Shown here piece after piece: positions 13,767-27,598 of a stretch of 64,000 nucleotides of DNA; within the stretch, counting starts at the first letter, position 1, and the number at the start of each line of letters is the position of its first letter. Source of the stretch: Eledone cirrhosa (taxonomy: Eukaryota); NCBI GenBank assembly GCA_964016885.1, contig OZ024760.1:19406001-19470000 (forward strand), read 5' to 3'. The notes beneath the pieces were generated by a model. It ran no database searches. It had not been told where the DNA came from and was given only the letters and a program-made list of their open reading frames with translations. The position numbers were made by a program, and so were the translations under genes.

Positions 13767-14034
13767 GTATTGATCTGCTTCAGTTGAAAATAATTAACTT
13801 ATCTCCATCTCTCTCTTTAAGATTGGTTATTCTTGAACTGTGTATGTATGTATGTTTATATATATATATACGTTCCTACGTATGTATATATATCTATATG
13901 TTTGGATGTATGTAAATATATATATATATATATATATGTTCGTATGTATGTATATATCTATATGTTCGTATGTATGTATATATCTATATGTTCGTATGTA
14001 TGTATATATATATATATCTGTATGTTCGTATGTA

Positions 14035-14079
<45 letters not shown>

Positions 14080-14467
14080 ATGTGTTCGTATGTATGTATG
14101 AATATATATATATATAAATGTGTGTGTTCGTATGTATGTATGCATATATATATATATATATATATATGTATGTTCGTATGTATGTGTATATATATATATA
14201 TATATATGTTCGTATATATATATATATATATATATATATGTTCGTATGTATATATATATATATATGTGTGGGTTCGTATGTATGTATGCATATATATATA
14301 GATATATAAATATGTTGGTATGTATATATATATTTATATTAATTGTAGATCTATAGGAATAAGTATAAAAGAACGCCAGTGATTTATGAGAAAAGCCGTG
14401 TTTAAACCTCATTGTATGTTTTTCCTTAAAATGTGTAAACAGGAGAAGAATGTTTGAGATTAAATTA

Positions 14468-15745
14468 CTCTCTCACGCTCTCTCCCTCCCTCTCTCCTCA
14501 CTCACTCTCTCCTTCTCACTCTCTCCCTCTCTCCTTCTCACTCTCTCTCCCTCCCTCTCTCCTTCTCACTCACTCTCCCTCCCTCTCTCCTTCTCACTCA
14601 CTCTCCCTCCCTCCCTCTCTCCTTCTCACTCACTCTCCCTCCCTCTCTCCTTCTCACTCACTCTCCCTCCCCCTCTCCTTCTCACTCACTCTCCCTCCCC
14701 CTCTCCTTCTCACTCACTCTCCCTCCCACTCTCCTTCTCACTCACTCTCTACCTCTCTATCTCTCTCCTTACTCACTCACTCTCTCCCTATCTCCCTCTC
14801 TCTCACTCTCTCTCTCCCTCCCTCTCTCACTCTCTCTCCCTCCCTCTCTCACTCTCTCTCTCTCCCACCCTCCCTCTCTCTATCCCTCCCTCCCTCTCTC
14901 ACTCCCTCCCTCTCTCACTCCCTCCCTCTCTCACTCACTCTCTCTCTCTCTCCCTCCCTCCCTCCCTCTCTCACTCTCTCTCTCTCTCCCTCCCTCCCTC
15001 TCTCTCCCTCCCTCCCTCTCTCTACCTCCCTCTCTCTCTCTCTCTCTCCCTCCCTCTCTCTCTCTCTCCCTCCCTCTCTCTCTCACTCTCTCTCCCTCTC
15101 TCTCTCTCTCCCTCCCTCTCTCTCTCACTCTCTCTCCCTCCCTCTCTCTCTCACTCTCTCTCCCTCCCTCTCTCTCTCACTCTCTCTCTCTCTCACTCTC
15201 TCTCCCTCCCTCTCACTCCCTCTCACCCTCTCTCTCTCACCCTCTCTCTCTCACCCTCTCTCTCTCACTCTCTCTCCCTCCCCCTCTCTCTCACTCTCTC
15301 TCCCTCACTCTCTCACTCTCTCTCCCTCACTCTTTCACTCTCTCTCACTCATTCTCAGTCTCTCTCTCTCCTTCTCACTCTCTCTCTCTTCACTCCTTCT
15401 CACTCTCACCACTCCTTCTCTCTCTCACCACTCCTTCTCACTCTCACCACTCCTTCTCACTCTCACTCTCTTCACTCCTTCTCTCTTCATTCCTTCTCAC
15501 TCTCACTCTCTCTCATTCTCTCTCTCTCTCTCCTTCTCTCTCTCTCTCTCCTTCTCCCACTCTCTCTCATTCTCTCTCCTTCTTCCACTCTCTCTCATTC
15601 TCTCTCTCTCTCTCTCCTCCCACTCTCTCTCTCTCATTCTCTCTCTCTCTCTCTCCTTCTCCCACTCTCTCTCTCCTTCTCCCACTCCCACTCTCTCCTT
15701 CTCCCACTCCCACTCTCTCTCGCCTTCTCCCACTCTCTGTCTCTT
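14468..15745. repeat. Polypyrimidine (CT/CTCA/CCCT) microsatellite
   Basis: ~1.3 kb almost entirely C/T on + strand. Confidence 0.97.
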
Positions 15746-15820
15746 TATATATAAAGAAATCTGATCAATATACATAATCATACGTACACACACTTACGAA
15801 CATCATATATATATATACAC

Positions 15821-15855
<35 letters not shown>

Positions 15856-16029
15856 ATACAATAACAGAGATAGTTTAAAGCTAATCTCTGACTGGTAACC
15901 ATCTCACTCAACAAACATTAGGTTATATTTTAATATAAACCCAATTTAAGTGTTTGGGGTGCTAACAATATGTATTATGTGAAAAAGCCAGTTGTATTAT
16001 TTTATGAGATATAATTAAAGTTAAAATAG

Positions 16030-16175
16030 GGCGGTGAATTGGCAGTATCGGTAGAGGGTCGGACATGCTTTTCAGCGTAGTTACATCCCTTAAACGATCT
16101 GAGTTCAAATCCCGCCGAGGTTAACTTTGCCTTTCATCCTTACCGGGTCGATAAAATAAAGTACCAGTAATGTAC
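16030..16175 (+). mobile_element. SINE family 1 (3' truncated); opposite-strand degenerate copy at 16488-16626
   Basis: GGCGGTGAATTGGCAGTATCGG...GAGTTCAAATCCCGCCGAGG. Confidence 0.85.
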
Positions 16176-17145
16176 CAGTAATGTACCTAATTTATCGGTT
16201 CAGGTTCCATTTGGATAGTGAAAGAAAAAGTGAAAAATTTCAAATCATTTAGGATGGATATGCAAATGAAGTAGAAGCGTAGACTGAAAAAATCGTTATA
16301 TTTAGACGCTAGGTAAATTTATATAATTATTAGGATACTTTATAATATCATTGATATTATACTCCAGGAAACTTGTAGAGTGCTTCGAATCTGTTATAAT
16401 AAATAAATTTGTTGTATTACCAGCAAATTAAATATCTCTTTGCTTATATATATATATATGTGTGTGTGTGTGTTTGCATACAAGATTAAATCAACCCCAG
16501 TACTTGACTTGAAGGATGAAAAGCAAAGTTGACCTTGGTGGGATTTGAACTCAGAAAGTACAAAGTCGTAACTAAATGCCACAAAGCATTTTGTCAGTCG
16601 CTCTACCGATTCTAGCAAATCCCCACCTCCCTCAACATATATGTAAAATCAAAAGAAAATTCTCCAATAAGACTGTAAATCAGTATTAAATTATTGTTTT
16701 TGTTTGATCCCGGATCAACACAGATTGAACCCAGCTATGATCAAATGCAATCAGGGTTGATCCATCTATATCCACTCCGTCTTTATATGTTGGATTATAT
16801 TACACGACGCGTTAATCCTTTTTCCTAAAGCGGTAGTGAGATATGATTTGAGGAAAATGTTGGGCTATTATTTCTAACAGGTAGAGCGACCACATAAAGG
16901 TTCCCTCGTAAAGCCAGTTTTTTTTTCAGCGACTCTGTGTATAGGGCAGTATGTCATTGAGAAAACCTAAGATTGGGAAATAGATTAATGTTGGAAGTAG
17001 CAGCAGCAACGGCAGCAGCAGTAAAGCTGGGTGGTGGTGGTGGTGGGTGGATTGAGTGGAAGCGGGAAATAGTTACCCAAGACTTTCAGTACCAGTGTAA
17101 TATAATACCTCCCACACCCCTGGAATAACTATAAAAAGTGTTTGG

Positions 17146-17438
17146 AACTAAACTCCCCACCACCACCACTAGTTGAAAACTAAACTCCCCACCTCCACCA
17201 CCTGTTGAAAACTAAACTCCCCACCTCCACCACTAGTTGAAAACTAAACTCCCCACCTCCACCACTAGTTGAAAACTAAACTCCCCACCTCCACCACCTG
17301 TTGAAAACTAAACTCCCCACCTCCACCACTAGTTGAAAACTAAACTCCCCACCTCCACCACTAGTTGAAAACTAAACTCCCCACCGCCAACACTAGTTGA
17401 AAACTAAACTCCCCACCGCCACCACTTGGTGAAAACTA
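17146..17438. repeat. 32-bp minisatellite, ~9 copies
   Basis: GAAAACTAAACTCCCCACCTCCACCACTAGTT tandem. Confidence 0.95.
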
Positions 17439-17808
17439 ACCAAGGCTGATAAGGTCCTACTTTATGTCATCACAAACTGGAAAACAAACTATTCTGTTCT
17501 GTTCGCCGGGGCCATGGGGCCGTAAGCGCGTGAGCCCCTCCATTTGCTCATAATAGTGAGAGATGGGGAGAGCGGGAGAGACTGGAGGCAGTGACAGTGG
17601 GAGTTTGGTTCCTTTGTGTTCGGACCTGGTGTATATGTATATGTTTCACAGACACACACCTATATATATATATTAGAGAGAGGGAGAGAGTATTGTAGCT
17701 TGTTTCAGGCATTGTTGAATAGGAAACATAAATTTAAATTTTGAAAACCGAACATTGCGTTAGAAGGAACATTAAAATATATATATATATATATATAATG
17801 TATATATG

Positions 17809-17839
<31 letters not shown>

Positions 17840-17894
17840 TATCTTCCAAACTGGTTGTCTTTTGTGTTACTAGGTTCTCTTTTACATTGCTAAA

Positions 17895-18630
17895 AATGTC
17901 CCCCACACCACAATGTCCCCCACACCACAATGTCCCCCACACCACAATGTCCTCCACACCACAATGTCCCCCACACCACAATGTCCCCCGCACCACAATG
18001 TCCCCCACACCACAATGTCCCCCACACCACAATGTCCTCCACACCACAATGTCCTCCACACCACAATATCCCCCGCACCACAATGTCCCCCACACCACAA
18101 TGTCCTCCACACCACAATGTCCTCCACACCACAATATCCCCCGCACCACAATATCCTCCACACCACAATACCCCCCCCCCCACCACCACCACCACCACAA
18201 TGCCACCCCCCACCACCACCACCACCACCACCACCACAATATCCTCCACACCACAATATCCCCCACACCACAATGTCCTCACTCCACAATGTCCTCCACA
18301 CCACAATATCCCCCACACCACGATCCCCCCCCCCACCACCACCACACCACCACAATGTCCCCCACCACCACAATATCCCCCACACCACAATATCCCCCCC
18401 CCCCCCACGATGCCCCCCCCCCCCACCACAATGTCCCCCACCACCACAATATCCCCCCACACCACAATGCCCCCTCCCCCCACCAACACCACAATGTCCT
18501 CACTCCACAATGTCCCCCACACCACAATGTCCCCCACACCACAATGTCCCCCACACCACAATATCCCCCACACCACGATGCCCCCCACCACCACCACAAT
18601 GTCCTCACTCCACATATCCTACCACAATAT
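17895..18630. repeat. 17-bp minisatellite
   Basis: TGTCCCCCACACCACAA tandem, degenerating into (CAC)n. Confidence 0.95.
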
Positions 18631-18889
18631 AAACTACTTCTTTCACTGCCAATAAACCAAATGAAGTGAACGTAATTTATTAAAGGATCAACTAACTTTC
18701 CGGATTCCCTTTTATAAACATTATATATGTATTCACACTCAGTTTCAAATCTAAAATGAACCAAATAACCTTCAACAACAAAATTATCTCTAATACCCAA
18801 TGTTGTTGTTGTTGTTGTTGCTATGTAAATCAGAGATAAACATGAGTCCCTCTAAAGACATGGTAATAAGGAGAGTAAGAATAAAAGAA

Positions 18890-19063
18890 TAATTGTTTCT
18901 ACTTTTAACACAAGGCCAACAATTATGTCAGTGTATTACTGGTACTTTATTTTATCGACCCCGTAAGTTAACCTCGGCGAGATTTGAACTCAGACCATAC
19001 AGGGCCCTAATTCTATGCTGCAAAGCATGGCGTCCGACCCTCTATCGATACTGCCAATCCACC
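18890..19063 (-). mobile_element. SINE family 1 with internal deletion
   Basis: Reverse complement of consensus; TSD AAAGAATAAT. Confidence 0.88.
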
Positions 19064-20297
19064 GAAAGAATAATGAACTCAGCTTTGGTTTAGCTATTGT
19101 TCCTTGCTTTGGGCTAATGATAAAAAAAAATTACCACCAAGGAACAAGCCCACCTCTATTTTCCTAAATAGGTTGTCGCTATATATCACCAAAGATGTTC
19201 CAACTGTGACCATCCTGCTTTATATTTGTCAGACAAAAGAAACTCTAGAATTAAATTATTTAAGATTGTCCTTTGTGTCTTAAAGAAAGTCCTGTGTGAT
19301 TTGCAGGTGATTTGGCTACTATTTTTAGCATAGCAAGTGACATAATAGAGGTTTCTTCTTTGACTATTAATATTTGCTGTTGTGGTTGTTGTTTTTTTAG
19401 CCCCAGGTCAACCCTGATTAAGGAGACCTATGATAAAAGTATTCTAGCTATGACCATTCTATCTTACAATCTTTAACAGGGTACATTATCCAGTCTAGTT
19501 CTAGGGTCGATAAAATAAAGTAACAGTCAAGTACTGGGATCAATGTAATCAGCTCCCCCTTCCTCTTAAATTGCTGGCCTTGTGCTTAAATCAGAAACTG
19601 ATCTTCATTTTCCATGCTTCTGTGAATAAAGTAACAATAACTCACTGGAGTCGACTTAATCGACTTTCCCCTCCATCTTAAATTGCTGGCCTTGTGCCTA
19701 AATCAGAAACAATGGTCAATTTCACCTTTCATGCTTCTGGGGTTGATAAAATAAAGTACCAGTAACACACTGGGTCGATTTAATCGACTTTCCCCTCTCC
19801 CCTTCAAATTGCTGGCCGTGTGCCAAATGTAGAAACTGGGAGTGGTGGACTGGCAGAATATTTCTGGGAAGGCAAAGCTGATTATATCGATCCCAAGCAA
19901 GTACTGGGGTCGATATAATCAGAAATATTCTATCTTGTACCCAAATTAGACATCCTTATTACCCAGGGCAGTGGAGTCGGAAGAGAGTCGGGGGGAAATG
20001 CGTTTGCAATATTTATTTCGGCTCTTGACTTTCAGAGTTCAAATCACTTCCATGTCAACCTTAGATTTCGTCCTTTCGAGGTCGATAACAAATCAAGTAC
20101 CAGTCAAGTACTGGGGTCGATTCTTCCAATATATCTCTTTCTCACTTCCATTCTCTCACTCTCTATTCTTCTCTTGAAAAAAACCTGGTGTATTCAGACC
20201 TGGAGAGGAGATGGACTCCAGGTTTTAAAATGTCCTGGAAACTCCGTATATCTATATAGCGGCCTTACAATTCCCGCATGAGTTACGGGCTCGTGAA

Positions 20298-20329
<32 letters not shown>

Positions 20330-20331
<2 letters not shown>

Positions 20332-20790
20332 GTATACTGATTAATGTTCAGAGCCATCCTCAGCATTCTCGTGTAGCACCCATCCACCATCTGAGTGAGT
20401 CTCTTGGTCAGTGTCCAAGTCTCAGACCCATACAGCAGCACAGACTCCACTACAGCAATGAAGAGGCGGATTTTCAGGTCTCTACGAAGGTCCGACTTCC
20501 ACACCGATCTCAAGCTGTGACACGCCGCCCAGGCCTTGCTCTTCCTCTCAACCACATCATCTTCCGTATTCCCAATCTTTGCTCCCAAATACAGGAAGTC
20601 CTCAACCAATTCCAGTGGCTTCCCGCCTACATTAGTGATCCCCTCTGGCTTCTCAACATTCTCTACCAGATATTTTGTTTTAGTCTCATTCATTCTCAGC
20701 CCCATCGACACAGTCTCAACCTCCCGCATCAAATCCTCTGCCTCCTTCACTGTATTTGTCACCAAAACTATGTCGTCGGCAAATTCAGCA
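20330..20790 (-). pseudogene. RTE-clade LINE reverse transcriptase fragment (inverted 5' part)
   Basis: EFADDIVL...MGLRMNETKTK...FLYLG...VLLYGSETWTLTK...RMLRMALNINQY: FADD catalytic motif and RTE C-terminal motifs. Confidence 0.92.
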
Positions 20791-20819
20791 TCCGTATACA
20801 CTGAGGATGAAAATTCAGC

Positions 20820-21143
20820 ATCAGTATACACTGAGGATGAAAAACTCAGAGCTGTATGGGAGCATCCCAAAAGTCAGCTCAAAAGTGACACAGAGGAGAC
20901 TGAGGTTGGCTGGACATGTTCACCGACATCCAGAGTTGACATTGCACTCAGTGCTCCTTTGGGAGCCCCTAAATGGACACACTAGAAGAGGAAGACCAAG
21001 GTTAACATATGTTGATGCCCTAAGGACAGACACTGGTCTGTTGGAGATGCAGGATATGGCAGCGATAATGAGGGACAGAGACCGCTGGAGAGAACTCGTC
21101 CATGGATCTCGGGAATTTTACCCGCCTTAGATAGATAGATAGA
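20820..21143 (+). pseudogene. RTE-clade LINE 3' end with (TAGA)n tail, continuation of the inverted part
   Basis: QYTLRMKNSELYG...RRLRLAGHVHRH...RRGRPRLTYVD...DRDRWR, stop, then TAGATAGATAGA. Confidence 0.92.
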
Positions 21144-21321
21144 TATATATATAAAGGCCTTTCACCACTTACAAAACAATCAAAGCACAGGCATTGCTTG
21201 TTCACGATATGTTACAGGATTGAGTGGCTGGCCTTAGCCTAAAGGTGCACCATTTTCTGTAATCTGACAAGCGATTACAAACTCTTAGCAGAGTTTGCAA
21301 CCACCATATAATATATATACG

Positions 21322-21353
<32 letters not shown>

Positions 21354-21356
21354 CAC

Positions 21357-21384
<28 letters not shown>

Positions 21385-21393
<9 letters not shown>

Positions 21394-21957
21394 TAAAAAA
21401 ATAATGAATAAAACAATGAAACAGTTCCTTATATTAAACAAAAAAAGTTCATTATTTAACGATCGTTTCTAGGATATATATGTGTTAGAATTGGCATGCA
21501 TATTCAACAGATCTATGTACAAAATTATACAAAATTATACAAACTATCAAAATTAAATATACATACCAACACATATATATGCCGTCTTCAGAAATAATGT
21601 TTAAAATAAAATTATTTCTGAAGACGGCATATATATGTGTTGGTATGTATATTTAATTTTGATAGTTTGTATAATTTTGTATAATTTTGTACATAGATCT
21701 GTTGAATATGCATGCCAATTCTAACACATATATATCCTAGAAACGATCGTTAAATAATGAACTTTTTTTGTTTTTTGTTTAAGGAACTGTTTCATTGTTT
21801 TATTCATTATTTTTTTAATATTTTATCTTGACTCTGTATTCCGTTTATCTTTCACCGAAAGTGATTTTTCATTGCATCTCTTCTTTCCATGATATCCGGA
21901 TTACATTGAGTTCTTCATACGGATTGGACACTACCGTAAACTCTTGGTAGATTTATC

Positions 21958-21960
<3 letters not shown>
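21385..21960. mobile_element. Fold-back HHR element: ~214-bp inverted arms plus unique 3' tail
   Basis: 21385-21598 is the near-perfect reverse complement of 21611-21826; (TA)n on both flanks. Confidence 0.88.
21611..21758 (+). ncRNA. Type I hammerhead ribozyme with very long stem II (mirror copy 21451-21598 on minus)
   Basis: AUUAUUU CUGAAGA CGGCAUAUAUAUGUGUUGG...CUAACACAUAUAUAUCCUA GAAAC GAUC GUU AAAUAAU. Confidence 0.82.
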
Positions 21961-22030
<70 letters not shown>

Positions 22031-22490
22031 GCATATTTTAAGTCTATATTTTGCCAACGTCGTCAAATTTGTAGCAGTTATATTATGACAGAAAACATTC
22101 TAGTCTAAGAAGTATGACTCCAGGTGACCTTGTTGATGAAAACATCTGCAGAATTTCCTCTCTCACGCTCTCTCTCTGTTTATCTATCGCCATTTATAGC
22201 CCTCACTCGCTCTCTCTGTCTATCTTCTTTCAAAGAATACCGAGCCAGCCAATGACTGACTGTCGCCATCATTGGTACTATGAGAAGTCTTTGAACTACG
22301 AACATCTGGAGAAAACGAGACAGACAGAGAAACAGACAGTCCGACCAGATGTCAGTATTTGGTGCAATAACATATTTAGTCATAAATATATACAGGTGTC
22401 TCCTCTTGAAAGATTTGGGGGTGGCGGGTAAGAAGAAAATATCGTCGTAAATTGGGATTATGTGACTTTGTGTCGTTGCATGCGCACGTA

Positions 22491-22543
<53 letters not shown>

Positions 22544-22714
22544 TATATATACATCCATTACAAGTATATGTATATATAATATATATATATGTAGGAGGTG
22601 AGTTTTATTGTAGTACAATAAAGCAATGCAGATATCGGATAAGAAGCACTCTACAATTTGTAGGACTGGAGTATGCATAATATAAGATCAAAAGATGGTT
22701 AAAGGAGTTCCATG

Positions 22715-22785
22715 TATTTTATTATGCGCATTTCAAAAACAAACATCATCATGCAATAATATTTGTGTTTTCATCAGATAAAATA
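22715..22785 (-). ncRNA. Type I hammerhead ribozyme (family B, element 22590-22900)
   Basis: UAUUUUAU CUGAUGA AAACACAAAUAUUAUUGCAUGAUGAUGUUUGUUUUU GAAAU GCGC AUA AUAAAAUA. Confidence 0.88.
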
Positions 22786-23582
22786 GGAGAACATGATATG
22801 AAGGCTAAAAAACACTTGTGGATAGTGCAGTTTTAAATCTACAAATCTACATATGTAGATTTAAAACTGCACTATCCACAAGTGTTTTTTAGCCTTCATA
22901 TATATAATATATATAATATATATATAATATATATATTATATATATATAATATATATATATAATATATATAATATATATATATATATATATAATATATATA
23001 TATATAATATATATAATATATATATATATATAATATATATATATAATATGTATAATATATATATATAATATATATATAATATATATAATATATATATAAT
23101 ATAGATAATATATATATAATATAGATAATATATATATAATATATATATAATATATATATAATATATATAATATATATATAAAATATATATATAATATATA
23201 TATAATATATATATAAAATATATATATAATATATATATAAAATATATATAATATATATATAAAATATATATAATATATATATAAAATATATATATAATAT
23301 ATATATAAAATATATATATAATATATATATAAAATATATATAATATATATATAAAATATATATATAATATATATATAAAATATATATAAAATATATATAT
23401 AATATATATATAATATATATATATATAATATATATATATATAATATTTATATATATAATATATATATTTAATATATTGTGTGTGTATGTGTGTGTGAAGC
23501 TGCGTTGATGAGTGGTCAGAGAATTGGATTCGCAATCCGACCCGCTCGTACCCTCAATCTTTCTTATTTCTCATTTTTTCTT

Positions 23583-23610
23583 CTGATGAACGACTAGCGT
23601 CCGAAACGTT
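23583..23610 (+). ncRNA. Minimal hammerhead core (family G; relatives 2826-2853 -, 35841-35868 -)
   Basis: CUGAUGA ACGAC UAGC GUCC GAAACGUU; the 35841 copy reads CUGAUGA AGGGC UUAU GCCC GAAACAUC; stem I not evident. Confidence 0.5.
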
Positions 23611-23740
23611 ACGACCCTCTTCTTGCTATATCAAGCGTTCACCTAATTTATCCCTTCCATATACTGTACCAATTGTGTTGTTATTTCTATTTACATTTTA
23701 CACACACACACACACACACGCACACGCACACGCACGCGCG

Positions 23741-23806
<66 letters not shown>

Positions 23807-24485
23807 TACATACATACATACATACATACATACATACATACATACATACATACATACATACATACATACATACATACATACATACATACATACATACATA
23901 CATACATACATACATACATACATACATACATACATACATACATACATACATACACACACACACACCAAACACACACACTAAGGGATTAGGTAATCAAAGG
24001 CACCGTTTGTTTCAGAGTTGTGATGAGACGAGGCGCTGTGCTTTGTTCGTGACAAAGTCGTAAACTAGGTTTCAAACTAACAACAACAACAACAATAATA
24101 ATTTCTAGCTTCAGCACAAGATCGACACTTTATTGGAAAGGAAAGTCGATTATATCTAAATATCTAAAAGCACTTTAGCCCGTCACACACACTAACCATT
24201 CTGCATGCACACACATACATATATATATATATAGGAAAATAGTCGTGACCCCGACGGCTGAGCTCCGGCCATTTCGACAGCTAGATCCGAACAATTGCCC
24301 ACTCTACAACCCTAAATATCATGTACTCTGGTGCCTTATGGTCCACCTGGTTTCTTTCCACATTTTCTTTGTTATATATATATATATATATGGGAACATG
24401 TTCAAGACCCCGACGGCAGAGCTCGAGCCGTTTCGACGACTATTTCTGGACTAAATTCGGTCGTTTGCTTTGTTATTTCTGTTTG

Positions 24486-24571
<86 letters not shown>

Positions 24572-25484
24572 GTAGGAGAAAGTCAATGATACCGACCTCA
24601 GTAGTTGACTGATGCTTATTTTATCGATCTCGGAAAGATGATAAGCAAACTTTATTTTGACAGAATTTGAAACTAATATGTAAAGGGTTGTGATAAAAAA
24701 CTGCAATTCCTTTCATCCGACGCATTAACGGTTCTGCTAATCCACCGCCAATGACAGCAATGTCACCATGACCTAGACTGAGTCAAAGTCAAGGTCGAAA
24801 GAATACTGGCTCAGTATCTGAGTATCTGAACTTGTTATAGGCCATCGGAGAGATGAGTTAACAATAAACGAGCTTGCTTACAAAGTAGCCAGCCTCTACA
24901 CACTTCATTCTCAAAGTGGAGTAAGGTCATCCTCCCTCATGTTGACACTAGGATAATCAGAAGGGGCTCTGAAACACAATATAGAGGTAGAGAGATCTTT
25001 GAATGGCAGAGGGTGTAGAAAGAGGAAAGGGGCAAAGAATACAAATTAGTTGCTTTTTATCAACTATTTTTTTTAATTATTCAAATATCAACAACTATAT
25101 AAAAAATACCTTTCATTAAGATCATGAGATATTTTTTCTTGCTAAACATGAGAAACCAGCGAAAATGTAAACGTTTAGATACAGCACTGTTAATGACTAT
25201 GTAGGTACAACACCGTTCAAAATATGTGACAAGATCACAACGGACAGAAGAAAAACAGAGGTCATTTTCTGCTCAAGAATACGTTAAATATCCTGAATTC
25301 ACTCGCACTGATCCGAGTTTCAATTCTTGATTGAAGCTATTTGTCACAATATGCATTGCTAACATTTTATGGATGATTGCATAACTCATTGTAATATCCT
25401 CTTCCCATTACCTCTAGAAATATATCACATATGTTGTGTCTATCATTAGCTAGTAGCTCGATTCAGCTCGTTGAGTTGTATATA

Positions 25485-25653
25485 CCGTATTTACCGGCGC
25501 CGAAGACGCTTCGTTTTCAAGGATGTACTCTAATTTTGACATCCCAACATTTGAAAAAAAAAAAATAATAAACAACCTTCGGCCTCCAGGACGCATGGTA
25601 CATTTTTTAGACTTATTTTAGGAAAAAAGAAGCCACTTCGTCGCCGGGAAATA

Positions 25654-25656
<3 letters not shown>
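25485..25656. mobile_element. pogo/Tigger-like MITE
   Basis: TIRs CCGTATTTACCGGCG...CGCCGGGAAATACGA, TA flanks. Confidence 0.7.
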
Positions 25657-25712
<56 letters not shown>

Positions 25713-26856
25713 ATCTGAGTTTTTCGAATATTAATAATAACATTCGATTCGTTTGCAATTATGCAAACAAGCCTCATTTTTATAGCCATGTCAGTAGAAT
25801 GAACCCTTCATTCTTGCTCTTGTCGACCAGCAGTACCGTTGGTAGGGGTCGAAAAAACTGCCTAAGTCCATCTTAATGGCTGAAGACTCTGGAGTTATGT
25901 GTCTTTCTTTTGTATTTTTATTTCCGAAAAATAATTTTTTAAGGTTTCCACTTCAAAAAGTTGTTTCATATTTTACTTTGTTTTCATTCGTTGTCTTATA
26001 TATTTTCCTGAAAAAGAAAAAAAGAAATCTAAATGGATTTCCAGACATTGACTAAAGTGAAATGACTGTTCGTATTTTTGTTGTATTTGTCTTCTGCGCC
26101 TCCAACATTCTTATATCATTTACATAACTGAGCTAAACTTAGAATGACATAAATTTGTCTCGTTCATTCGAGTCAACACAGTAGCCAGCACCACCACCAC
26201 CACCACCACCACCACCACCAACGCATTCAATTTCTCATCCATGACAAAACTTTTCCTTTTGTTTTCTTTTTTTTTCATCTGACTTTGACTACTAATATGA
26301 CATCATTTAAAGAATTTCGAAACAGCATAAATGTCACCGTGCCTGTTTCCCATTTACCAAAGTTCTGGAGCTTATATAACAAACAATAATTATATGAACG
26401 TCAGTCAGGATTTACATAGCTTAAAAGAAGTCTCCATATCTTTCAAGGAAAGGGGAATACTTTACGAAAGAATGAACAGTTGCATAGCTATTAACAGCTG
26501 TTATGATGGCAACAAATATTATTAGCGAATATTTTTGCTGATACTGACAAAATATTTTTGCTTTGGCAGTCGTCACTCTGACGGCGCCATTGGTTTTAAT
26601 AAGAATTTTGTGTCAGCAGAACTAGGAAAATTCTTCCTTCTTCTTTGTGGGACCTACTAACTCAAATTTCTCCTCCCTCGGCAATATTTTAATGACTGGC
26701 AGACGGTTTGCCTAACGAATATCGTACGAACATGGTTTGTAATGCTAGAAGATCGTGTCAGCATTTTTTAGCGAAGCATATGTGTGTTGCGTGCATACAC
26801 AAACACGTACACACTTGTATGTATGTATATATATATATATATATATATTGCTCTCA

Positions 26857-26910
<54 letters not shown>

Positions 26911-27160
26911 TGAGAGCAAACCAGACATATTTATATATTAAGACATATTTGGACCCATATGTTATCGCTAATTAATATAAACATACATGTGTATATATAT
27001 ATATATATATATAAATATATATACACATATACAAATATATATATATATTATGTATGTTTATGTATACATATATATATATATATATATTATGTATGTTTAT
27101 GTATACATATATATATATGTATATATATGTATATATATATGTGTGTGTATATATATATAT

Positions 27161-27191
<31 letters not shown>

Positions 27192-27294
27192 ATATATATA
27201 TATATATTATATATATAATATATATTATATATATACATATATATATATATTATATATAGTATATATATATACATATATATATATATTATATATA

Positions 27295-27339
<45 letters not shown>

Positions 27340-27492
27340 ATCACTTACAGAAATATAGTCCCATGTTTTTTGTTCGTGAGAAAAAGGTTTACAGATACAA
27401 GTTAAGGAACACAATAATTCTGGGATAAAGTGTGATGTACTTTTTAGAATAAATTCTATATATATCTATATATATAAATATATACACATATG

Positions 27493-27533
<41 letters not shown>

Positions 27534-27558
27534 CTACATGTACAACATGTGTATAAAC

Positions 27559-27598
<40 letters not shown>

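Noticed and set aside
14450-15764. 434-436 aa Ser/Leu/Pro ORFs
   Set aside because: CT microsatellite lacking stop codons by composition
16204-16312. Possible AG...GT exon
   Set aside because: Stops in all three frames and similarity to element tail sequences at 51480 and 53318
17772-18800. Keratin-like or Pro/His-rich ORFs
   Set aside because: 17-bp minisatellite (not a multiple of 3) open in all six frames
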